Source: Cyanophora paradoxa CCMP329
Lineage: Eukaryota; Plantae; Glaucophyta
Reading direction: 5' to 3'
NCBI GenBank assembly: GCA_004431415.1
Contig: QPMI01000056.1
Coordinates: forward strand, 186,001 to 250,000
DNA length: 64,000 nt
Position 1 is the stretch's first letter. Each line of letters begins with the position of its first letter. A program made the position numbers and the translations under genes. The notes below the pieces were generated by a model, which saw nothing but the letters and a program-made list of their open reading frames with translations, was not told the DNA's origin and did not search any database. Below, one piece after another: positions 33,739 through 44,469 of the stretch.

Positions 33739-36529
33739 GCGCGCGGACGCCGTCAGCGTCGCGCTGAGGCGGCCGCGGCCGTGGCGGGCGCGGCGCCAGG
33801 CGGAGCAGAGCGCGCTGCCGCGGCTGCTGGCGGCCGCGGCGGCCGTGTTCGAGGCTTGCGTGGCGGCGGCGGCGGCGGCCGCGGGCGGGGCGGCGGAGGG
33901 CTTTGAGGCGACGCTCATCGTCGAGGAACGGCTCCTGCCGCTCGGAGCGCTCCACGGGGCGTTGGACGGGGCGGCCCCGCCGGGTCTCGAGCACCTGACC
34001 GGCCTCCACCTCCCCGCGGAGCTGTTCGTATGCGAGGAGTCGGCCGGGCTCATCGCCGCCCGGTGCCCGCGGCTCAAGCGGCTCAGCTTCGGCACGCACG
34101 GGCGCCAAGGCCAGCTCCAGCAAAGCCTGGACGGCGTTCTGGCTCTGCTCTCGGCCCTCCCGCTGGAGGAGCTCGCCGTCCGCTGCCCCGCCTGCGTCCA
34201 GGGCAGCCACCTCCGCTGCCTCATGGACACGCCCGCCGGCCGCTCCCTCCGCTCCCTCGAGCTCTGGTGCGCCGTATCCCCCGTACCCCTCCCCGCGCCC
34301 CGCTGTACCCCTAACGCCCTCCCCCCCCCCCCCGTTGCAGGGAGAAGGTGTGGCTGCACAGCGACGGAATCGAGGCCCTCTTCTCGTTCCCCCGCCTCGA
34401 GCGCATCGCGTCCAGGCTCTTCGTCTCGTGCGCCGCGCCTGTACCCCCCTGAGATCGCGCCCGTACCCCTCGCTCAACACCCCCGGGCCCGGGCCGGACG
34501 GCAGGCCGGAGGCGGGCGGGGCGCTGAGGGAGGGCCTGGCTCGCCACGGGTCGCTCAGGGAGGCTCACCTGATCCTGGAGCACGTCCCCCCGGGCGCCTT
34601 CGTCTCGCGCCTGGGCGAGGCCATCGGCCGCTCGCCCCTCGCCGCCCTCCACCTTGAGTTCGAATCCGGCGCGGCCCCTTTCGTGAAGCAGAGCGTGCGG
34701 ACCCGCCGGCGCCCTCTGACCGCCCGCCGTCGCGCGCAGACGTGACGAGGCCGCCGGGGGGCGCCCTGGCCCCTCTGCTGGAGGGCGCCGGGGCTGTCCT
34801 GCGGTCCCTGGGCCTGACCGTGAAGGAGCCCCCGGCCCCGGATGACCTCGCCGCCCTCGCCGCCCGCGGGCCCCCGCTCGCCTCGGTCGCCCTCTCCCTC
34901 CCCCTCCCCTCCTACCCGGGGGACGTGCCCCCGGGGTACGACGTCCTCGCAGCCCTCGCGCCCCTCGGCCCCCGCCTCGAGGTCCGCGCCGCTCCCGTCC
35001 CCCCCGCGCCCTTTGCATGCAACGTCCTTACTAATATGCCTTCACCGTACCCCGCAGGTCCGCCTCCTGAGGGAGACGTACCGGGAGACGGCGGAGCAGC
35101 TGGCGACCCTCGCGGCCTTCCATCTGCTGCTCCCCGCCGCCCGCGTCGAGCTGCGCTACGTCTGCAAGTACTAGCGCGCCCCTGGGGGAGGCAGCCGGCG
35201 CCGCCGGCCTCGCTGTCTCTGCCACCGCCCTCCTTGCCGCCCGGCTCTGGCGCGCCGGGGGGTTCCGGGCATTCACTGGACGCTTCCACGCTGCCGCGCC
35301 CTCCCCTATAGCTAGCCTGGTGCCGCCCCGCCCCCGTATCGCCCCCGTCTCCCCGCAGTCAGCGGCGACGCCCCGGCCAGCCGCCACGCCACGCCACGGG
35401 GCCCTGCGCTCTGGCACCCGGGCGCGCTCATGGCCCCCGCTCCCCGCCCCCCGCCCCCCGCCCCCAGTCCCCGCCCCCCGCCCTCCTCCGTCGACGTCCT
35501 CTCCCCACCCCCAGACACACCCAGAGACCTGGGGAAGCGGAGCCTGGGCCTTGGGCCAGGCCGCGAGCGCTGTAGTCACTGTCGCGCAAAATGACATGCA
35601 TATTTTTTTTTGGAAAGTCTGCTCCATTCGTACACACATGACAGCAGTCCCCCGCTCCGCGCCTACCGGATACTGGGAAAGCCAAGCTACACTGAGGAAA
35701 AGGGCGAGCTCGGTTCTATAGCTTGTTGTCGTAGTCGAGCTGATGCTGAAGCTGTAGCCGTCAGGTCGCCCCCAACACATAATATGCGCCGGTCCTCAAG
35801 TAGGAGGCGTAGGCATGCTGAGCTACACGGTCCTAGATGCCCTCTTGCTGGTTTTAAAACATGGCCGCGGGTCGCTCGTGAAGGGGGGAGTTGAGAGGGG
35901 AGGTGGGGAGGGAGAGATGGGAGGGTAGGTTCAGGTTGTTGCGCTGGGTCTTTTTTTTGCAAAAGTGGACGTCGCATTGATACACCACGGCACATGTATC
36001 AATGTTCTACGTGACGCGCCCTTCCGACCGGTCATCTATCTAGCCGAAGATGCTAGCGAGGTGCCGGCCATGGGTCGCTCAATATGGGAGGTTCGCCTGA
36101 GTGGGGGAGCCATGGTTTTCGGTGATAGCCGTAACCAGGCCCGCGCGCCCACCCCTTGATCAACTCCTCCATCCCTCATGAGCCCTGGAAGTGAAATGTC
36201 TCGCAGTCCGCCGCCCTCCCTTGTCGCCGCTCCGCCACCCTCCTCCTCCTCACTCTGCCTCCTCCTCCTCCTCACCTGCGCCCCAGGACCCCGATTAATC
36301 GGTGTCCCGTTCTGTCAAGGTGAAGAAGGTGGTAGGAGGAAGATATGAGGAAGGAGAGGGAGTGGGCGGAGGCAGCGGTAGGGGGTGGGCAGCGGATGCG
36401 GGGCAGGGCAGGGAGCGGTGCCGGGACGGCAGAGTGGAGTGAGCGTGGGCACTGACAGGCGGCGCAGAGAGCGGGGAGTGCGGAGGCGAGGCGGGTCGCG
36501 AGGGGTCGGGAGGGGTCGGTCTGAGTAGG

Positions 36530-36660
36530 GGGGGTGGCCGAAGCCAGAGGGGTGGCCGAGGCCGATGGGTGGCCGAAGCCGGGGGGGGCCGAAGCCGATG
36601 GGGTGGCCGAAGCCGAGGGGGGGCCGAAGCCGAGGGGAGGGCGAAGCCATAGGGTGGCCG
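36530..36660. repeat. Minisatellite (about 18 bp ggtggccgaagccgaggg-like units) in the 3' part of the LINE
   Basis: Repeated ggccgaagccg words. Confidence 0.7.
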
Positions 36661-37315
36661 GAGTCAACGAGGGGTTCGGCACTTGTGAGTCGGTTGGGGC
36701 TGGGGAGGAACCGTAGGGGGCGGCGGGGCGCAGCGTGCGGGGTCCCGGTCGGGGGGCCGGCTGAAGCGAGGGGGGGGGGGAGAGTCGGCTACTTGAAGCG
36801 TCGTTAGTGGTTTGTACACTCCAGGTGCGAAGAGGGACGTGATTGTGGGTTGTCCAGCAGGTATCGACACCGTTCGCGCTTTTTTGGTCCCGCGCTTGGG
36901 GGTCTTGCGACCGGCTGCCTTTCTTTTTGCCGTAGGTACGGGTGGGGCGGGTGCAGAGGCGGGAAGGGAGGGGTCATGGGGCGCGGGCGTTTGGGTGCCG
37001 GGGCGGGGGAGTGGCGGTTGTCCGTTTGCGTGAGGCAGGCGACGGGCGAGTTCGTTTCGAGGGAGGGCCAGGGGGGGCGTTGGGGCGGGGCGCTTGGAAG
37101 GTTGAGTAGCGGACGTAGGGCCCGCGGGCAGAGCGGGCAGGGTGCCATTGTCGGGGTTCTTGTGGGAAGGCTGCGTTGGGGGTGCAGCAGGTTGGGAGGC
37201 AGGTCGAGAGTATGAGGTGGGCTCTGGGCGAGCGGGGCACTTTCCTCGTCTGGCGTCGGAGTGGGCCTGAAGGGCAGCTGCGGAGGCAAATTGGGTGCCA
37301 CAGGTGCAAGAGAAG

Positions 37316-40204
37316 TCAGATGTCCCGGCGGTGGGTCCTGCGTCGGGCGGTTGGGGGAGGAGGGGCCTGGGGGGGGGGGCGGCCTGGGGTGAGGGGGCGG
37401 CAGGGAGTCGTGCTATTGCTTGGCGGATATTTTCCAGGAGAACCAGGGTTGGCCTTCCGAGTCCAATCCGCAGCAGAAGTCGGTGATGGAGATGGTGTCA
37501 TGGAGGGAGGGGCGGGGGGGGCGGGGGGGAGGGGGGGACTAGGCGGCTGTACTGGCGGCGAGCGGGAGGGTTTGGTGTCGGCATGTTTGCGGTATCGACG
37601 TTTGGTTCTGTCAGTGATGCCTTGTCGGAGCTCCCAGGCGTGGTTGCGGGCGCAGCGGTCCCTCCAGATCGCACGGAGGTGTTGGTCGAGGAGTAGCGCT
37701 AAATCTTTTTGGATTGACATTGTGGTGGTCTTGTTGATGCCCAGGGCTGCGCAGAGGGCGGGCAATCCTGCCGGGGTACCGAGGCGCAGGAGGGCAGGGC
37801 GGGGAAGGGGAGTATGTCAGCCAAGGCCGGGCTAAGCTTTGTCCATAGGTATCGGTAAGACCTGGGGGCGGAAAAGGGCCGGATTTGCGGTGGGGAGAGG
37901 AGGGCGGATTGGAGGGGAGAGGCGGGGTCAGGGAGACGAGGCGGAGGAAGGGAAAGAGTTGAAAAATAGTGTCGTCGTGTCCTAAGGGTTTGGGCGAGTG
38001 GCGGAGAACCCGGGTGCGGAGGAAGGTCACGAGTGCGTCCTGGAGAGCTTGGAGGAGGAGGCGAGCGGCGGGCAAGTAAATATGTGAATGAAGTCTTCGG
38101 GGGGGTGGTTGTAGGGTCGGGCTGTCTGGGTCTGCGGCCTCGGTGGGGAAGAGGGCGGGGGAGCCCGGGGGATGCACGTGGCAGGGGCGGGAGGGTGGGG
38201 TGGGGAAGTAGGGTCCTCGGGGACTGGGCAGGGTGGGGGGAGGTGACAGAAGGGGCAGTGGGCGATACCGTCAGGAAAGAGAGGGCCGTATAGGTCGGGG
38301 TCGTGGAGGAGGCGGATGGTGAGGGAGGGGAGGCCTCCAAGAATGCACTGGAATCTGACTTTGCGGAGGTGATCGCCTGTGGGGTACGGCGGTCCGGTGG
38401 CTTGTCGGACACGAGGGAGAGGGCTGGGCGAGGGTAACGTGAGATTGCTGAGGACGGCCCCCGCGGTGCGAAGCTGGCGCCAGTCGAGGTATTGGGAGAG
38501 GGAGGCTTCGGCTAGGAAGTGAGAGCGGGGGTCCCCCTCAACGCGGTATGCATGGAGTCTGCCTCTGTAAGGCTCGGCTCCTGGAACTGGGCCTTGGGAC
38601 GACGGGGGCGGGAGGCCGACGCGGATGAGGAAGCATTTGAAACTGTGGGGAATGAAGAGAAGGGCTGAGAGGGGGGCGTCTGGGGCCGTTTTGGCGAGCT
38701 TGTCAACGGCGTCATTGTGGCAGTTGTCAGGAGTATAGGCTGGGTTCGGGATACGGCTCTTGGCCGGGGTCCTGGCCGCCTCTTTCTTTGCGGCCGTTTT
38801 AGATGCTTTGGCGGACCGTGGTGGCGGCTGGGCGGCGTCGCGGTGAGCGGCTTCAGCTAGGATGGTCGCCGCCTCGAGCGGGGTCACGTGGGACGGCCGG
38901 AAGAGACGGCGTGCTGTTGCGGAGGCTTCGTTGCGGGCCAGGTCGGCGAGCTGAGAGGCGAGTTCTTGGGCGTAGCGAGCACCGGGAGGGAGGGGGTGGC
39001 GGCCCTGCAGGGCGAGCGGGGTAGACTCAAGCACAGTTGGGGAGCGCGGGAGGGCTGGGCGGTCGGGGAGGGTGGTGGGGAGTCGAGGGTAGGGAGGGTG
39101 CCGCCGGTGGAGACTGGGGGGCGGCGCGGCGGATGGGTACGCCCCGGGAAGGTCGGTGGGGGTCTGAGGGCCGGGAGGGCAGGGCCACAGCATATAGGGT
39201 CGAGGGTGACGGACCCGTAGCAGAGGCTGAGGCGTAGCAGTTGGGAGGCTGGAGAACGGATAGGGATGTCTCCGGGCGTAGGTAGGTCCATCTGCAGAAT
39301 GGAGTGAGGGGGAGGGGAGAACCAGAGTCGCGTTGACTCCAAGTGGCCGCCAAGTCTTGTGCAAAGGAGACAAGGTGATCAGGGACGTCGAGGGAGCCGT
39401 TGTGAATGTAGAACGAGCGCGTCTGAGGAAATAAAGCAAGTAGGTGCCAGTGTCCCGGGGGGCCCTGAGGGTGCCGGGATCTGCCTGAGGGAAGGGTCGG
39501 CGAGGGGGCTGGTGGGCATGATGAGTGGGCGATAGGTAAGGATGGGGACAAGGACAAGGCGGGCATCGAGAAGGCGTCCGGGGGAAGGTATTGGTGCAGG
39601 GGAGAAGGGCAGAGCCCCGAGAGTCAAATTGGGAGGCTGCACTAGCGGGGTAAGAGCTGGACGACAGGAAGTAGGTAGGGTGAGGCGAGGCCAGGCGGCT
39701 TCGCGGGAGGAGAGCATTCAAGGAAAGCTTCCACGAGGGGAGGCTGAGGGCGGCATTCGGCGGAGGTGGATAAGGTCGCCTCGTCGAATGAGGAGTGGCG
39801 ATGAGGGTCAGGTCGGGGGGCGGGTGGGAGGGGGGTTTCGACATGAGAGTTTGCTCCGCGCAGTAATCATTGTCTGCAAACCGGAAGGCATTCCCCAGCC
39901 AACTTTTCTCCGCCAGCGTCAGGGGCGAGGAGGGGAAATTCAGTCGGGTGAGCGGGGGTTCGGCCTGGGAAGCAGTTGATCGGGCCTCGGCGCCGGAGGG
40001 CGTGGGGTGGGGAAGGGCAGGGTGGGGGGGGGGGGAGCTGCGGGAGGAGGGAGGGAATTGGGGACCGGGGGTTACCGGTGTAAGGGACGGGGGGGGGAGG
40101 GGAGGACGGAAGGGAGGAGGGGTGGGGTCTCGCTTGCGTCTAACCAGACGGCGGGCTTTGGCTGCCGTGTGCTGGGAAGGGCGGGAGCTGGTGCGCGGGG
40201 TCAT
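37316..40204 (-). pseudogene. LINE ORF2 remnant: Ulp1/SENP-like protease region, RNase H C-terminal fragment, CCHC zinc finger tail
   Basis: Across frames: IRRGDLIHL..PNAALSLPLVEAFLNALL, LLDARLVLVPI, GHWHLLALFP..FYIHNGSL; DNCHNDAVDKLAK; HCPFC...EDFIHIFTC; AIWRDRCARNHAWELRQGI. Confidence 0.65.
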
Positions 40205-40847
40205 GCGCTGTCGTTTTGTTGTGAATGCCGGGTCGTTGGCCTGGACTGTCCCCAGGAGAACCTCAGGGTCCCGGAGAAGGATTGTTGCGCTGGGTCTTGG
40301 ATCGCGCCGCCCAAGTCCACGGGTGCGGCGGGGTGTTGGGAGCAGGTCGTCGCTGGCCGAACGTGGGGAGCCGAAGCTCCTAAACCTCGGCCTTACGGGC
40401 CCGCTGGGCCCTGCCGACGCCGCGTTCGAGTCTCCTCCAGCTTGGCCTCCTCCCGCTCCCGTCGCCGCCGTGGGTCCTGAGCGGGCGCGTCCTTACCTAT
40501 GCGCGCACCCTCGTCCTAGCCCGCCCCCCCCACACTCCGAACCCCCCCCCCCCCCCCCCCCTCTTCCTATCTATATTGCAGGAGGACGAAGGCAAAAAAC
40601 TTCCAAAAAGGCCTTCGCGTTCACATTAGGGGCTGAGCCCGGGGAGGAGAACATCAGTTCCAGGCTAGGGGCACAGCCCCATGAAATCTACTGATGTAGA
40701 CGTGAAAGTTCATTCGACTGAAAGAAAAGATTGTCCAAAGAAAGGAAAGATAGCTAGAGAAAGGGTCTCCTGCACAGGAGAGGAAGGGAGCTAGCTGCTC
40801 GATAGCTCCGGGCGGCCGTGAGCCGGAGCCTCCTCCCGCCTTCGAGG

Positions 40848-42040
40848 CTACGCTGCCTGGTTGAGGTAGCGTTTGGCCGCCTTGTTGGCGGCGATCTCCG
40901 CGGCCTTCTGGGCGAGCCGGCGCTTGCTCTCGCGGCCGGTCTGCTGGCGCGGGGCTGGCGGGCCGGCATCGTGCCGGCGGCAGCGGCGCGGCGGCGGCTT
41001 CGCGCTCAGCCGCACGGCGCTCGTTGCGACGCATCTGCGGGCAGCGGGGTCGGTCATTCCGAAAGCGACGGGCGGGCGCGCGGGGCTCGCCTCGGACGGA
41101 GACTTGTGCCGGTGGACCGGGCGTTGCATGTCGAGGAGGCTGAAGCGGCGGACCGCGCTGCTCGTGGTGCTGACGGAGGCGGCGGACACGACGGAGGCGC
41201 GGTCGTCGTCGTCGCTGTCGGCGTCAGCGTCGGCGTTGACGGCGGCGCGCGTGCGCGCGAGGTCCGTCCGGAAGGTGTCGGTGGCGGAGCGCGCGGCGGC
41301 CGCCCGAGCCGCTTCGGCGGCCGCTTTCGCCACCGCGGAGCCCGCGGGCGCGCCGCAGACACGCACTGCCTTGGCGGCCGCGTAGTCGGCGGTCTTCTTG
41401 ATGAAGTCGTCTTGCGCCTTGGGGCACTTCCACCGGTTCGCCCAGGGGTGGCCGTACGGGTCGTCCATGATGCAGCACGCCTGTAACGGAGTGAGTGTGC
41501 GCGAGTTCGCGACGCATAGACGCGGCGGGGCGTCGCGCGCACCGAGGTACAGATGATGCCGAGAGGCTCGCCGGCGGGCGCCGGAATGAGACGGAAGCGG
41601 ATGTCGAGCGGGTTGAGGCCGCCGACGCGCCAGCGAGGCCGGGAGTTGCCCAGCGGGTGCGCAGCAAAGAAAGAAGAGTTGACGTAGCGCTCGAAGTCCG
41701 GGTTGCGGAGGACGAGGCGGAGGGCGAAGGGCGCCTGCGAGGTCGATTCGACGTAGAAGATCTCCCAGTGGTGGATGTTCTCCACGCGGCAGTGGCGGAG
41801 AAAGTGCACGACCTGGAGGCGCGCCCGTCCGGCGTCGGTGTGGGTGCACGCGTGCGCAAGCACGTGGGGCGGTGCGCGCACCAGCGAGCCGTCCGGGCGG
41901 CGGCCCTTGGGGGCGGTCATTAGCAGCACGATGGCGTCCTTGGGGTACTCGCTGAGCGGGAGCCGTTGTTCCCCGGTCGCCGTTACGTCGCGGATGCAGA
42001 CCGGGTGCTCGCTTTCAAGGATCGCGTAGTCCTTCGACAT
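40848..42040 (-). CDS. LINE ORF1 (gag-like), one frameshift near 41500
   Basis: MSKDYAILES...; degenerate knuckle ACCIMDDPYGHPWANRWKCP; Ala/Lys-rich tail; stop at 40848. Confidence 0.6.
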
Positions 42041-42372
42041 GCGCAAAATGACATGCATATGCATGCCGGCGATTTTCGCCGAGTTGATCGAGGCGAGTTC
42101 GGATCGATATCGACTCGGCAACAATTTCGTAATCACACGCGCATGCTGGCCATGGTTGCACACTTGACAGCAATGGCTAACACAGGGAAAGAGGGGGACG
42201 GGGGGGTGGTGGGTGGGGGGCGGGCGGCGGGGGGGGGGGGGGGGGGCGGCGGGCGGGCGGGGTTTTTATGTATGGTGGCGTGCAGCCTACATCGCAAAGC
42301 TTGCATTGAGAGCTTCGCCGAAAGCGCGCACTGCTTCCTATAATTATTCTTATTTCTTGGCATTCACTCTCC

Positions 42373-43900
42373 TTGAACATCCCAGCAGATTTTGGCGGAA
42401 AACCGGACCTGTCGAAGCTCTTGCCGGCAGATGATGATCCACAATCAGCTGCGAATTTCTGGGGGTACCTTATAGCGGAATCAAAGCAAGCGCCGCTAGG
42501 GACAAAGGAGCGAGCCCTCGTCATATACTTCACAGTACCCGCCGCGGCGCCGGCCGGCCGCGGGAATGACGCGCCTTTCGAATCCCTGCGGGCTTACGGG
42601 TACGGGAACGCTCTCTTCGCTCTGGAATCGTTCGCGGACCTGCGGGACGACCTGCGGGCGGGCGATATCGACGGGTCCGACCCGCAAACGTTCATCGCGA
42701 GTGGGAGTGCGTGCCGAATGCGGGCGCCGTAAATTAAACCTAGGCCCATATGATTGCATTCCCCCCAAATTTTAACCTGGGGGCCGTGCTGAGGCCGCCT
42801 AGCCCTGCATTTCTGCGCATTGATCATTCAGAAGTTTTCAATTAGAGCCGGAAGGCGAAGAGTCATTTGAGTTTCAGGCGGCTTTCGAAAGCCCCTACCA
42901 AGTCCGTTCCGCCCTAACCCATGGCCAGCACGATATTATATAATTCTGATTAATGGTCGACGTCATGCTCGCGATGGCTCATGATCATCGCCAAAAATAG
43001 AATCGGACTGTCGTCTTGAGACTGCAGAAGGAATCGTACAGACTAAAGTTCGAGATCCTGATCTGTGCGCGCGTTGCAATTGACAGGGTGATTAATAATA
43101 ATGTGACTCAATGAGCAGGCGGCGGCAGCCTGTCCGATGAAGAGCTTTGGAGCGTCTTCTCTTTCTACGACGCAGTCCACGGGCACAGATTCCGCAAGTT
43201 GCGAGCGGTGGGTCAATATGTAAATGTGCATGCTGATTGCTATAGCTATGATTATATAACCCGTTCGCCAATGAGCGATATTGGTAAATTTTAAACGTAT
43301 ACATATCGATATCGACACCGCAAAACATGTGCATTAATATTGGTCTGACGTCGACCCTGCGAGGACGTTAGCGCGCGAATTTGAACCAGGATTTCTCGCA
43401 ATCGGCATCGAATTCGAAATCGAAATCGATGGTGGAAAGCTTTCTGGAGCGCTTCGATATCGGTGACTTCAAAACGAGGCAGCAGTCTATCCGCGAGCTG
43501 AGGAGGATCCTGGAGAGAATCAAAGGGGCGCCGCTGCAGGAAAGTGGTGAGTCTCAATTCTTATTCGCTACTGGTATCTGCAGACTGCAGACAGCTATAG
43601 CAAGCGCTTGCACTTCACTATCTATAAAGCTAGCAATTGCAATGCACGGGCTCCTGCGTTCTCGAATTCTGACATTTTCTGACGAATTTGCGCAAGCGCG
43701 CGCTCTAGATCTTCCATTCCGTCCCCTCGATTATGTCGCATGCATGCGCAGAGTTCACAAGGCATATAAAGGCGTTGTACGAAATTTTCAAGGGCTTCGA
43801 CTTCGCTCCCGTTTTCGACATCAATGATTTCAGGAACGCGGCCGTCTATCCGGGCTCGAGCTTCGCGGCCGCACAGAATTCGAAGGTGCGCATTCGTTCG
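42373..43900 (+). pseudogene. Gene A copy 2, 5'-truncated inverted paralog of 2260-3960
   Basis: Same exon peptides as copy 1; no counterpart of 3980-4640 found upstream. Confidence 0.55.
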
Positions 43901-44469
43901 AGTTCGCTTGGGCTTATCTTATCCTATCGCTATCTTGGGCTTGGGTGCTATCTTTCTCGCGTATCGTATATATATATAGGCCGAACGCGTAGTCGGAATA
44001 TGCATCGAAGAGATCTAGAGCTCACGATCATCGCAGACACCGGATCCGGACATCGAGATCCCGCGCTCCACTCCTAAGGTGCGCAGGAGGACGCGTAATT
44101 TATAAGTGATAAAGAGGTGTCAAAAACGTCGACGTGCTAGCGCTTCGATCCGATGATCATGATCGTAATCCGGCGATAATTACGAATGCGAGAGTATTCG
44201 AATTCGATTCCAAAACGGATTCATCAAAGATTTGAATGATCATGATGTAGTTCATGCACGAAGGGGTAATTAAGTTCAATATTCGTGGTATTGATCGCGA
44301 TCGGGTCAGGCGCCGGCAATCGGCGATCGCGAGACAGGACAAGTGGAGAGTGCGAATGATGCCGGACCCGGCTGGAGCAGCCGCGCAGAGGCCGCCGCCC
44401 GGAAGCTGGAGGAGTTGGGTCTTTCGGTTAGTTCCACGTGCACTTTCTAATTAATTTAGATTCGGAGCT

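Larger units (their letters stand above)
22181..35174 (+). pseudogene. F-box + LRR-like gene interrupted in exon 1 by the YR retrotransposon
   Basis: SLLDLPDEILADVLQLAGL...RRACRRLR F-box. Removing 22456-33738 gives in-frame ...VRAGR-L-RADAVSVAL...; downstream CPRLKRLSF and LPLEELAV LRR-like repeats; stop at 35172-35174. Confidence 0.75.
35604..42040 (-). mobile_element. Non-LTR retrotransposon, internally deleted (no EN/RT), with poly(A) and 20 bp TSD
   Basis: Exact direct repeat gcgcaaaatgacatgcatat at 35584-35603 and 42041-42060; T-run at 35603-35611 (poly(A) on minus); ORF1 with knuckle-like motif; ORF2 ends in RNase H tail and CCHC/IWRDRC. Confidence 0.8.

Noticed and set aside
42041-42163. 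N-terminal extension of the 369 aa ORF 41054-42163
   Set aside because: It crosses the TSD into flanking DNA, so it is not part of the element's ORF1.
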